Assembly: GCA_028023455.1 (NCBI GenBank)
Contig: JAQFVV010000005.1
Location: 18,972,001-19,036,000, forward strand
Direction: 5' to 3'
DNA length: 64,000 bases
Origin: Epiperipatus broadwayi
Taxonomy: Eukaryota; Animalia; Onychophora
Below the pieces are notes generated by a model. That model was not told the origin of the DNA. It made no database searches and saw nothing but the letters and a program-made list of their open reading frames with translations. Position numbers and translations under genes: made by a program. Positions 27,151 through 38,896 of the stretch are shown one piece after another. Numbering within the stretch: the first letter of the stretch is position 1; every line of letters begins with the position of its first letter.

Positions 27151-28056
27151 GCCTGCATTAACACAGCAATTCCTTAAAATCTGATAATGACTAATGAGTT
27201 ATTGAGTTGACAACACATACATGAGTAAAATATTGTTTGGACATTATAAAGATTGATATAATATTGAATTAAATTATTTTGTAAATATTAAAAGGTAATA
27301 TAGAAAACTGTGATATCCAAGTCTTTTATAATTGTATACTAAAAAATAAGTACAGTGCATGATAGATATTTAATTTCCCTTTGTTGTTTCCAAATTGACA
27401 GAATAACAAAACATCTGGGTCAATAATTTTCTTTTAAATAAGTTTTAAATTTTAAAATTACATCAGAATTATGTACTTAGATGGAAAAAAAATTGATTTT
27501 GTAATTGTAAAAATTCAATGACTAATAAAACAGAAAGTGGTGTTCATTTTGTTGCTGAAACTGAATAAATTTCTAATACATAATTATGCTAATGTTTTGA
27601 ATAATTAAAGTAATTTGAAGAAATTAACAACTTTATGGGGAAAGAACTAGATATTGTTTACTGAAAGCAATATTATTTAAAAAAGAAATAAGATCTACTA
27701 TAAGAAAAAATTAATATATAATTAATATGTTTTAATTGATTTAAATTTATTTTAGACATTTAATGACAAAAGATATATCAATACATATACATGCAAATTG
27801 GTTTTAGTTATTTCTATATGCATTTCTAAATGTTTAATAAGAATGAAAATTTAAAGAAATAATTTTTTTATTAGCATAATATGGATAATAATAATTTAAA
27901 ACAATGCATTTATAGAAAATAAGTTATTTATTAAGAAAGACACAGTAAGCAATTTTAATTATCTGTGATAACGTTAAATCAGGATAATATTTAGATTAGT
28001 GACTAATTATGTTTAAATTATGTGCTAAAAAAATTAAATAAAGTTAAACAAGGTAC

Positions 28057-28157
28057 TTCATTTGTTTCTGTTACAGCACTATAGCGATTAGTCCATGGTA
28101 ATGGAGCTCCATTTTGAATGAAGTTACTACTGGATTCATTCCCAGCATTTTTGCTAA
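28057..28157 (-). CDS. SYNRG: Synergin gamma-like gene, coding exon (phase 1-0)
   Basis: Acceptor ctattttgtag|TT; open frame (I)SKNAGNESSSNFIQNGAPLPWTNRYSAVTETNE; donor GAA|gtacct (alternative GCT|gtaaca at 28075). Supplies exactly the phase 1-to-0 link needed. PLPWTNRYSAV lies where vertebrate SYNRG has ALPVIRDKYKDL (recalled). Confidence 0.72.
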
Positions 28158-31100
28158 CTACAAAATAGTAAAAAAAAAAGGATCTTACTTCATTAAAATC
28201 AGCAAATATATATTACAATATAATACATACATATATAAATAATGAAAGTGTGTTCTCTATTTAAAGACAGACTGAGACAACTAGGCAATAGGGTATTATG
28301 ACCAAAAAGTAAAAATTATCAATGGTAGTTAGCTATTGCTTACTGCTCCCTTAATGCAATATATTCTACCAACTCGATGCTTAAAATTATATAATAAACT
28401 TTAATAAAATTCAAGTTTATTCTGATCTGCGATGTTTACATCAAGGCATAAGTAATAAGGAGGTTTTTTTGTAAACATTCCTGTGAACTTTGTATTGTTA
28501 TGATTTATCATTCAGATTTTGGCTATTGTATATAACATTTTAATCTTACTTTCACAAAGCACTAATGTGAAGTATTTACATGCTCTCATAATACTGCACA
28601 TAACATGTAAGTATGCATTGTTATGGATACCTCAAACACTCCTCCAATACCTAGTAGTACATACCATGAGATTCAACCCTAATTCAAGACCCATGATGTT
28701 AGTGACTTATTAATTACCAGATTAGTAAATGTTAGGGCACACAAATTAACAAACCAATAACCACAATCTAAATTTAAAATCATAACCTAAATAAAAAATA
28801 AACAAAGATTTAAACTAAATCTATTAAACAGACATGATAACTAACTGCTTAGAACCACTACTATTAAATGTATTATGATTGCAAACACAATACGACAATA
28901 CCTGAGTGAATGCAATCAAGAAATAAAATAAACTAATAATATTAAAATAGAGAAAAGTCAAATAAATAAAAAAAATAATATAATTTTTTTTTTGTATTTT
29001 TATTATCAAATTATTGAAATAGTTAAGGCTTTACTTCATTAGCGTTTGAAATCAATTAATATATATATATATTAATTGATATCAAATTATTTACATTAAT
29101 ACTCAGTAAAGAAAGCATCAACAATGAAATAAAAGGATGAGCACAAACATGCTTGAATTAAATGAGTTTTCATGAGAAAGATAGAAAAAAATCTATTACT
29201 TGCGGAAGAACCTACATTTTCCTATGCAAAAAAGTTGAATTTCAAGTTTGAAGACAAGTGTCGATTAATTCAGAGTGGCAATATTATCAAAACTCATATA
29301 TAAATATCCAGAAAGCGAGGATAAACGTAAACAACTCAATATAACTAAATAAAGAATTTCAAATTTAAGTCTTCATAAATAAAGTAAAAGTGTTTGAATT
29401 TCTAAAATTATCCTTAATTCCCTACTATAGATCACAAAACCTAGATCTGAAAGTATGGAATAATATAACAGACATTGACAATACTCCACTCAAAAAAAAA
29501 CTACTAAAGCAAATATAAGTAATAGTGAAAACAAACATGCAGTGCTTGTCAAGATCAGGAAGGAATTGGCCCATCACTCCACACTGGTACTTATAAAAAT
29601 CAAGCCAATTTGTAATGAATTCATCTTATAACTCTCCATTTCAAAACACCAATTCTACAGCTATTAAAGACATCCAACCTGACAGATGTTCTAGAACAGT
29701 TATAAGTTACTATCTATGCATAAATGAACCATTATGGATTACTGGGACAAGTTAAAGTTAGTCTAATCTACATAAGTTTTCTTTTCTTTAATATAGGGAT
29801 AAAAAGATTCAAATTTAGTATTGACGAGTAATATAAAGAAAAAATATTTTCATTCGTAACATAAACTTACTAAAATAAAATCTATGATGTATACTTTATT
29901 GTGCAATAACCCGATAAATATCAACAGGGGAAAAGTAAGATATTATGTAATATGTATATAATTTAAACCTGATATATTTGCAACACATACATTTTCTTTA
30001 CTTGTTTATTTCAATGCTTGTGTTAACTATTTCTTTTTTCATATCTCGTTGATTAATTATGTCATGATGTCAAATAGAAGTGTAACAGATTAAAATAATC
30101 ATATAAATGTATATGTAGTATGAAAATTATACAGGTTGATTGAGACATTGAGTGGCTATTCTTTGTGGGATCACGGTTTGGGTTAATGTTAGAAACCAAG
30201 TGTAAACAAAGAATGACCACAAATGCCTAAGTGAATGTTTCACAATTTTGTTTTAAATTTTTCTCTGTTTAAATACTAGATCTCTGTAAATATGATTAAA
30301 TTTATTCAAACATTAAAATATGATTCTTGTTTTATTTTTCTGTAGTCAAATTTTAATTAGTCATATCCATCCAGATATTCACAATCACTTTATTTATTTG
30401 CACATGATCTCATACCCACTCCCATTAGCAGACATATATTTATTTTACACTTACTAATACTCCAGTGATTTGTATGACCTGAACTAGATGATCATGCAAA
30501 TTCTCCCTGGATTCAAAAACCTGGAATATCGGATATGCAATATGGATGAAGTAAATTAAGTGTAGAATTAATATTTAATTAGTTCTTAATCTCTTCTCTC
30601 CTAGGTAGGAATTCAATGTGTGCAGGGTATGCATAAGTATGAGCAACAAAGAAGTATTTCTCCATTTGTCAGTAGGAATCCACCAACCTATTTGCATACC
30701 AATCAAGGTCTGTTCCATTACAGTATGGGGGGGGGGGGGCACTACAATACCAAAAAATGGTAAAACACTATATTTAGTTTAAATTCAAAATAATTTTTTT
30801 TCCAGCATAAAAAAGCCGAAAATGAAATTTTTTTATTTGATATGTTCTTGATATTTAAAATATATTCTGAGAGAGCATTTAAATACCATCTGTTAGCTCA
30901 TTATTTAACTAAGATTGAAGATGCTATTTAAGAGCCAAATTCTGAATTTTGAACTAATACAGAACTCACACAACAAATTAGGGAACATCCTTCACCAATT
31001 ATTCCAGACCCAACATCATTAACCATAAACCAGAATAGGCTTAAATCTTATTTGTATTAAGTAATCCATTTCAGAGTGTGAAGCATATATAACTATTAAA

Positions 31101-31298
31101 TGTGATGCTCTTTATAGTAAACAAGCACATATACATCTAAATTTCTAGATAGGTAAAAATTATAATTAATTTCATTTTTAAAAAATGTCTATAAAAAAAG
31201 ATTAACTTTTTTGCAAAGTTTAGCCTGATCCTGCCCAAGTACTCAATATAAATAAGATTCAAGCCTCTTCAGATTTAAGATTATAGGTTGGGACTTGG

Positions 31299-31338
31299 CA
31301 CAGCTGATGAAAAGGATACTCCTAAAACTGGTCCTATG
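31299..31338 (+). ncRNA. Isolated hammerhead-like motif, core-mutated
   Basis: CACAG CTGATGA AA-AGGA-TAC-TCCT AAAA CTGGTC CTATG: 4-bp stem II, GAAA changed to AAAA, stem I CACAG/CTATG with one mismatch, further AGGTT/AACCT pairing outside. Confidence 0.55.
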
Positions 31339-31565
31339 AACCTTGTATTGCCATATTTCACAATTCAGAACTTAGCTATTATATAACATCTTAGTTAAAT
31401 GATGAACTAATTGGTGATTAACAGCTCTCATTCATAATCTTATAAGATATAGCTTTGTAATGTATTAATTCTAATAATTGGTTATGTTATATACACATTA
31501 TATATATATATTAATTAATAAAACAAGACACAAAATTGTGTAACTTGCTTTAAAGCTGTATTAAA

Positions 31566-31938
31566 ATGTTCACTAGGGGGAGCTTACCACTAGCTCCAAT
31601 CAAGCTTTAATTTATAAGTGCTGAAAGGGAAAGAATTCAAAATCTCTATTGGAAGGTCCTTATCCCCAGATCAATTGGTTTCGTGCTTATGGTTCACCTC
31701 AGTGAGTAGCTAGGACTCCAGACACTACATCTAAAATATCAACTCAGTGCTGACTTTTGAGTTGGTATTTTAGATCTAGTGTCTGGAATCATAGCTCCTC
31801 ACTGAGGTGAGCCATAAGCATGAACCCAATTAGTCTGGGGATAAGGACCTTCCGATAGAGATTTTGAATTCTTTCTTTTTCAGCACTTATAAATTAATGC
31901 TTGATTGGAGCTAATGGTAATCTCCCTCTAGTGAACAT
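31566..31938. mobile_element. Fold-back insertion, family C (about 180-bp arms), with a hammerhead-like motif in each arm
   Basis: Arms 31566-31745 / 31757-31938. Motifs at 31664-31706 (-) and 31797-31840 (+); two-copy consensus CCUCA CUGAGGU GAGCCAUAAGCAC GAAA CCAAUUGGUC UGGGG, with 10-nt palindrome ACCAAUUGGU. Confidence 0.8.
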
Positions 31939-33479
31939 ATATATATATATTCTAGTCTTCACAAAAAGTTCATTTTTCAAAATGTTATAATTATCTTAAA
32001 TAATTAAGTAGCTGTAACTCCAAATAATATTTTCTTATATATTTTAATTTTTTGTTTTAATAATGAATATCAACAAGTCAGATGTAATATATAACAAAAC
32101 AATACTTTGAATGGTACTAATATATAAAAATATAATTATATTGAAAAACTATGGTTCCAGATCAAGTTTTACTGTATTTTCAATAGATATGCTTTAATTT
32201 AGATTTTCTAGTATTGATCATAACAAGAAGTAGCACTCTGTCTTTAGATAGAATAATGCTTACTTGATCATCAAAACTGAAAAAAACCTTAAAACATATT
32301 TTGCCTAGCACACAAACATACAATTTATCTGTCTAGATCCAAGGTTCCTAACCTAAAAGTCATGACCCCCTAGGAGATCATAAAGGGATTATTTCAATTG
32401 CACTTATTTATAGAGGAAATTTCAATACTTATTTATCTCAATATTCTACTAATGTTTGCAACAATGATTTTTTGATAAACAAAGTGATTTATACTTAAAA
32501 ATTATTAAAAACCTGTATATTCACGCACATTAATCATTTGATTAATTAAATATTGATTAAAATTATAAATTGCAAAAGTCGTTTTTAATATGTTTTCTTT
32601 ACTCTTTTAAAAAAGCCTTTTTATGTAAATATCCATGGACAAAAATTTCAGGTTTTCTTGGCTAAATTAAATAGAAGTTGCAACATGGTGGGCGTCTGCA
32701 TCATATGCTAAATTGTCACTGTTTAAAGTCATCACATTATTTAAATAGAAAAGACAATATTTCTGCTAAATTTTTGAAAACTCTCAATATGATATTAGAA
32801 AAAAGAAAGTCAATAATATATTGCCAATAAAAGACTTTAAAGAATGAATGACTTAATACTAACATCTTCCAAGTAAGTACTCAAAAAAATATAACTCCTA
32901 TTCTTAACAAAAATGATGTTTCAATTTAAAATAAAATGACTCACAATGCTATACAATATCTAGAATCTGTGGCAGCTGCCAATTTTTATCAAGATAATAA
33001 ATATTGTAGCAATGTTTTACTTTAATAAGTAAAAAATTAAGCTACCATCACATTAAAATCTAGAAATACAACAGATTAATAAAACTCTGATGACATTTAA
33101 AAATCTGTTAGATGTTTTTCCAAAGAACAAATTATTACTAGTCTACCACATCAATTTTGCAAATTATACACATAATGGTGAATCCTTCAGTAAACCGATA
33201 TTGTCAATATTTTTTTTTATTTCTAATTTAGGCTTTCTCTTCCAAACTTTGTAAGATACTTAGAAAAACTAGATAAATTATGCATTCTCAAAATCATTCA
33301 GGATATATGAACATTTTCTGCAATGCAATATAAAATGGCTATATCACTTATAATTAAACATATCTATTGTTGAAACTATTTTAAATCACTTAAAATAAAA
33401 ATTTACAAAATTTACATTATGTAACTGAAGGTAGAATGGTGAGGCTGTAACAACAAAGCATTGCATTTAGAAGGTGATG

Positions 33480-34312
33480 ATATATTGCAAGGAAATAAAG
33501 TCATATATCATCTAACTTAATTTAATAAGCTGGTATTACAAATGCTATATAATGAGCATGCGCTTTTCAAAATATCCCTATCCTCAGATCGGTTTCTGGC
33601 TGCTGACTTATGTCAGTGAGATGCTAGGATATTCAAGCATTAGATTCAAAATACCAGGTAAGCCCTGCACTTATTTAATGGTTAACTATTAAGTAGAAAA
33701 TCTGAAATTTTCACACATCCATATGTCTTTAAAACCAGCTATTTAACTTAAATAGCCATATGGGACTGAATTAAGTTCATATACACTATATATTAATAGC
33801 TTTAGCAACATAAAATCACCAAAGTCTTAAGAGTAAAAACAATAATTGCAAGGAAATCAAGTCATAGCAGTCAGAAACTGGTCTGAGGATAGGGATATTC
33901 TTAAAAGCTTGTTGAGAGCCATTGGCATGCTCATTATATAACATTTGTAATACAAGCTTATTAAATTAAATCACGTGATATATGACTTGATTTCCTTGCA
34001 ATTATTGTTTTTGCTCTTAAGGCTTTGGTAATTTTATGTTGCTAATGCAATTAATATATGGTGTATCTGAATTTAATTCAATCCCACATGGCTATTTAAG
34101 TTAGATAGCTGAATTTGAAGACATATGGATGTCTGAAAATTTCAGATTTTCTACTAATAGTTAACCATTAGATAAAGTGGTGGGCTTGACCTGGTATTAT
34201 AAATCTAATGCTTGAATATCCTAGCACCCCATTGACAAAGGCCAGCAGCCAGAAACCAGTCTGAGGATAGGGATATTCTCAAAAGCTTATTGAGAGCTAT
34301 TGGCATGCTCAT

Positions 34313-34318
<6 letters not shown>
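33480..34318. mobile_element. Tail-to-tail PLE pseudo-LTR palindrome, family B, with three hammerhead remnants
   Basis: Arms about 33545-33865 / 33980-34318. Motifs at 33582-33620 (-), 33867-33888 (+, 3' half) and 34227-34265 (+); inferred consensus CUCA CUGACGA AGGCCAGCAGCCA GAAA CCGGUC UGAG, eroded mainly at CpGs. A related fragment lies at about 59610-59690. Confidence 0.82.
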
Positions 34319-34344
<26 letters not shown>

Positions 34345-35287
34345 CATAGGGCAATTTTTTCATAAGTGTAGCAATGGATTTTGGCATTTTGAAAAGTTAA
34401 TATATTAGTTACCACAACATTTCTAATAATATGTACCCAAAGAATTGATAAACATTTTTCCAATATATTTACATCAATACATCACCCTATTGTGTCAGAT
34501 TTCAACATGCAAATGTAAAATGAATAAATTTACATTTGCATTATCAATTTTATAAAAATAGTTAATTTGATACAATAAGGTGGGGCATTAATAACAGCAT
34601 AGAGAAAATTTATCAGCCCCTTGATTACATATTATTTATATATTTATTTATAAGAACATTAAAATGAATAGCAACTAACTTTACTAACATGTGAATATAG
34701 TTGGAAGTTTGCTCTAATTAATACCATTTGTCTGTCTCACTATTTTTTATAAACAGAATGGAAATATAAATTTTTATCGATCTTATGACTGCACAGTGGC
34801 AAAACTCTCCATACATAAAGAATGGTGATCATATAATCTAATGATTACATATATAATTAGGATATTTAAAGCTATATTTTATCTTATTAATGTTACATAA
34901 AATGATTTTCTCCTTAGATAAACTCAGAAGTTTCTGAACACAGGTCATATGTCTAGAAACCTTTTGGCCAAATTAAACACTTTCTCCTTTAATAAACCAT
35001 TACATTTTACAATAAACAATCAACTTCTTATTTATTATTAATTTATTCTTCTGGAAATTGATTCTTTTTTTCTCTTCTTTCCTATTTTAATTTCATTATA
35101 CCTATCTTCATATTTTCCATTATTTTTTTATAAATACCAAAATAAAAAAGTTATAAAATCTCTATCTCTTTCCTTCTCTTTTAAGATTCATTCACTATCT
35201 ACAATTTATTCAGATCTATTACTTCTAATAACTTATTTCATATACACTTTAATGCAAAAAAATTCTTTAATAAAACTTCTTTATTTT

Positions 35288-35326
35288 CCTGACAGTTTTG
35301 ACTGTCCATCAGTCTTCATCAGAGCT
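35288..35326 (-). ncRNA. Isolated hammerhead-like motif, core-mutated
   Basis: AGCU CUGAUGA A-GACUG-AUGGA-CAGUC AAAA CUGUC AG: perfect 5-bp stem II; GAAA changed to AAAA at a former CpG; stems I and III short. Confidence 0.55.
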
Positions 35327-35339
35327 ACAATATTTGAAT

Positions 35340-35660
35340 GATATAAATACATAACCATTACTTCATATATATAATATACACACATATATATATATCAAAA
35401 TATATACACATATATCCCCTACATACATATATAGATTCACATCACCCATAAACATATCTATATAAAAATCCATCCATACATATATATGCACATATGCATA
35501 TCTAAATATATACACATATATCCTTTAAACATACATATATAGATATACATACCATCATATACATATATATAAATCTATATACACATATATAAATACACAT
35601 CCATATACATACACAACTTACATATAAAATAAATATATACAAAAATATATCTAATACACA
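35340..35660. repeat. Degenerate (AT)/(ACATAT) low-complexity microsatellite tract
   Basis: Recurrent ATATACACATAT / ACATACATATAT units. Confidence 0.75.
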
Positions 35661-36115
35661 CTTTTTTTAAATATTACATTTTAAAAACTATTTTATTTTT
35701 ATTTTAATTTTTAAGAAATTTTTTAAAATATTATCCTTTTATTAATATTATTTTATTTTATAATTTTTACCTGTCATAGTTTCTTGCTATCTATCTTTTT
35801 TAATTATTATCTAATATAAAATATCATCTTTTACATTTTATTTTAATATCTATAATTTTAGTTTTATAAACTTTTATCTTTTTATTAGTTCTAGTCCTAT
35901 TCTTTATTAATAATTTATATTTTATTCTCTTCAATAATTTCCTATTCATTTTAACGTACCTTTCTCAAACTTCCTCTGCTTTTTAAAAATAACTGATTTT
36001 TTCAAAATTGTCTACCTTTTTAAATATAGACTCCTTTAATACAATTCCCTCTGTTATCAATTTTCTAAAACTTATAATTCTATTTGAAAATTTAAATCCT
36101 ACAAACCTTAACCAT

Positions 36116-36439
36116 TTCACTGACTTCTACAATGATTAGCACACACATTGTATTTTTCTGCTTACAAGGTGCACAATTGCTGCTCCCACACTTACATAAA
36201 ATGCTGCTCTGGCCCCACTAGAACATTTCTGGTTATATTTACGCAGTTCAGAATATGTAATAGAGCTCATATAAACATATTGACTTTGCTCAATATCAAA
36301 TCCAGATTTTCATCTTTATTCTGATTTTCTAGAGTACATTTATAGCACTAGTAATTTTAATGCACTGTGTACGTAAAATACAAGATTTTATTAAACTTTA
36401 TTTACTCTAAATATACATATAAATGCACAGAACAGTCCA
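36116..36439 (-). repeat. Dispersed repeat, inverted copy of 40471-40780, probably LTR-derived
   Basis: Reverse complement TGGACTGTTCTGTG...AATGTACTCTAGAAAAT...CATTGTAGAAGTCA.TGAA aligns along the 40471 copy. Confidence 0.8.
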
Positions 36440-36596
36440 AATATATGCAGTAATTCAAAAAGAAGTAGGCCAATCCATTCACTGAGTGGTAATTTGTGGG
36501 CAGCAAATAAGATTTATCATCTTTTTTACTAGAAAGACTTATTTTTTAATGACAAATTGAAAATGTTTGAAAATATAGTATTTAATTGGTTTATAT

Positions 36597-38630
36597 TGTA
36601 ACGATATATAAATATGCCGTTACATTATTTTAAAATAAAAACTTAAGTTCGCAAATAAAAATAAATTTATTAAAAATCTAAAGGCTAAAAAAAAATTAAA
36701 GAGTTGTTAAACGTATATATATTCGCACAGATGCAAAACTTTAAAAATATTTTTTTTAATAAATAAAAGTATTTGAACGTACTTTGTTATAAAAAAATAC
36801 AAGATTTATAAATTTTGTAAATGGAAATGATTGTTTATGAATTATCGAAAACCAAACTAGCCCTTAGGGCTCTTATATACTGTAATTAAAAAGTCAGAGG
36901 ATAAGATAGATAAGAGAATAAAAAGAATTAGCTTGTCCAATATAGAAACAGCAAATAAAGGCCTGGACCATAACGAAAAAATGGAAGAGTGATGTTTTTG
37001 TTCATGGAATCCATAGGAGGATTATAAAAAGAGAAATATAGAATTTTTCCTGATAGTTCCAACTTGATTTTGTGAGAAGAACGATAAGACACACTTGTCA
37101 TTCTCTCTCACTTATTTTAAAAAATGAAATGACTGTGATACCAGAATGGAACCAGCTAAGGCTACCTCCAGAATATCAGACCGGTCTTCCATGAAAGTCT
37201 TCGTGGGAATTGCCAACAGGAACAGGGAGCTCTTCTACTGTAAGCAATTGAACTGAACAATTTTAAAATCTGAAGTAATTAAGAACTTTAAAGATTTGAT
37301 CAGTTAATCTAAATTTTAAAAAAGGAACTTTTCTCTGACTTATGTTTCAAATTAATTATAAATGTTTAATTTTTACATATTTGTTTGCTAAAAATCATTT
37401 CCATTTTTTTTTTTAATTATTATTTTTATTTGTATTAATATTTATCGTTTAAATTATTAAATGTATTAAATTTCAATTGGGCATAGACGCTTGCATGGAT
37501 TCGTTCACATTTAATTATGTTTTTGTTTTCATATATGATTAAAATATATAGACATTCGGTAAATAATGATATCTTACGGGAATATCTAAAATGTATTTAT
37601 TCGGATGTCTTTTTAGTTATTGTGTTAATGGCATCTTATGATGAATGCCATTGGGTTTCTTTGAATTCCCTCATGCAATTACACAATGACTTTATATTTT
37701 GATCATTTATGTTTATTTTGAAATGTTTTTGAGCGTGTAATCTGTGTAGTCGATCTATGCTCAACATAAAAAAAACAAACTTCTATAAATCCATCTGTGC
37801 GAATTTAAATAAATGTTAAATTTAAGTCGGGCGTGAATGGCCATATAGATTTGTAAAGTTATATTAAGGGAGGTAATCTTAGGTTATGGTTTAGTTGAAT
37901 TAGGTCAATGGATTGGATATATTGGTATAATTAGTAGATGTAGTATGAGGGTCTAGTGGACACAACCCTTTTCCATGGATGGGATTGTAAGTCGGCAAAA
38001 GGACCGGTCCCTTCCTATGGAGTTTTTATTTTATTGTTCTTCTTGCCATACAGATGTAACATTCCTGTATTGGACAATGAGTCAAATCTTCTCTAATCTG
38101 TTCAGATGTCCATTCCTGACAGTATAGTATATTGTGCTGTTGTATTTTCATGCTACATTGAATACATCAATGTATCAGATGGATTGATGCTGGTTTGATT
38201 GCGAACTTTTGGCCTAAGGTTAAATAAGGTATAGAATATTTTCTTTTCAAATGCAAATCTATGTAGTTTATTCATACGCGACAATTTCATCTGTGTAGAT
38301 GATTTAAAAGTTTAAAATAATAATTTAAATTAAAAGTTATATTAAAATCTAAAATAATGTTATTCCTCAAAATTTAAAATGATTCAAAATTTATATGTGT
38401 GTAAATAAATGTTTGTGTGTTAATTACTGGCAGTGGCTTATTTTATTCTTTTTTTTATATATTCTTAGATAAGAATTTATTATAAAATATAAATCTCTCT
38501 ATTCCACTGAGCTAGGACAATGGGCTAACGCGAACACCAATAATTTTTTTAACTTCGTATCTGCCTACTATATAAATTTTTCTAGGTTCAAACTAGGGCG
38601 CCCTTGCAGATATGTTAAGTCCTTCTCACA
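36597..38630. mobile_element. Second, diverged copy of the 24349 solo-LTR family
   Basis: Begins ATAT|TGTAACGA; long shared blocks (AAACTTAAGTCGGGCGTGAATGGC, GGATTGATG, ATTACTGGCAGTGGCTTATTTTATTC, CTATTCCACTGAGCTAG), some in rearranged order; 3' end eroded, no right TSD. Confidence 0.8.
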
Positions 38631-38896
38631 TTAAAAGGAGAGGGAACATATTTCCAAGAAAAAAAAATTTTAAGATGTGCAAACCCAATAGGTAGAGAAT
38701 TTATTTTGTTACTTACCTAATTATGATGGTTGGAAAATGACTAGATAAATGTTAGGAAAAAAATAGATGCATGTTAGGGAAAGAATAGATAAATGTTTAA
38801 GAGATAAAGAAGTAGAGTTATGAAAAATGATTTTATAAAAATAATAGATATGTAATAGATGAAAGAATATGTCTTAACACTAGAGAGAGCTTAATA

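Noticed and set aside
28510-28620. Exon-like segments on both strands near ORF 28519-28713
   Set aside because: The minus-strand candidate is open only as phase 2-1, which cannot fit between phase 1 introns; the plus-strand peptide has no recognisable homology.
32338-32400. Decayed hAT-like terminus (GGTTCCTAACCT...CATGACCCCCTAGG)
   Set aside because: No matching opposite TIR or TSD found, so boundaries cannot be supported.
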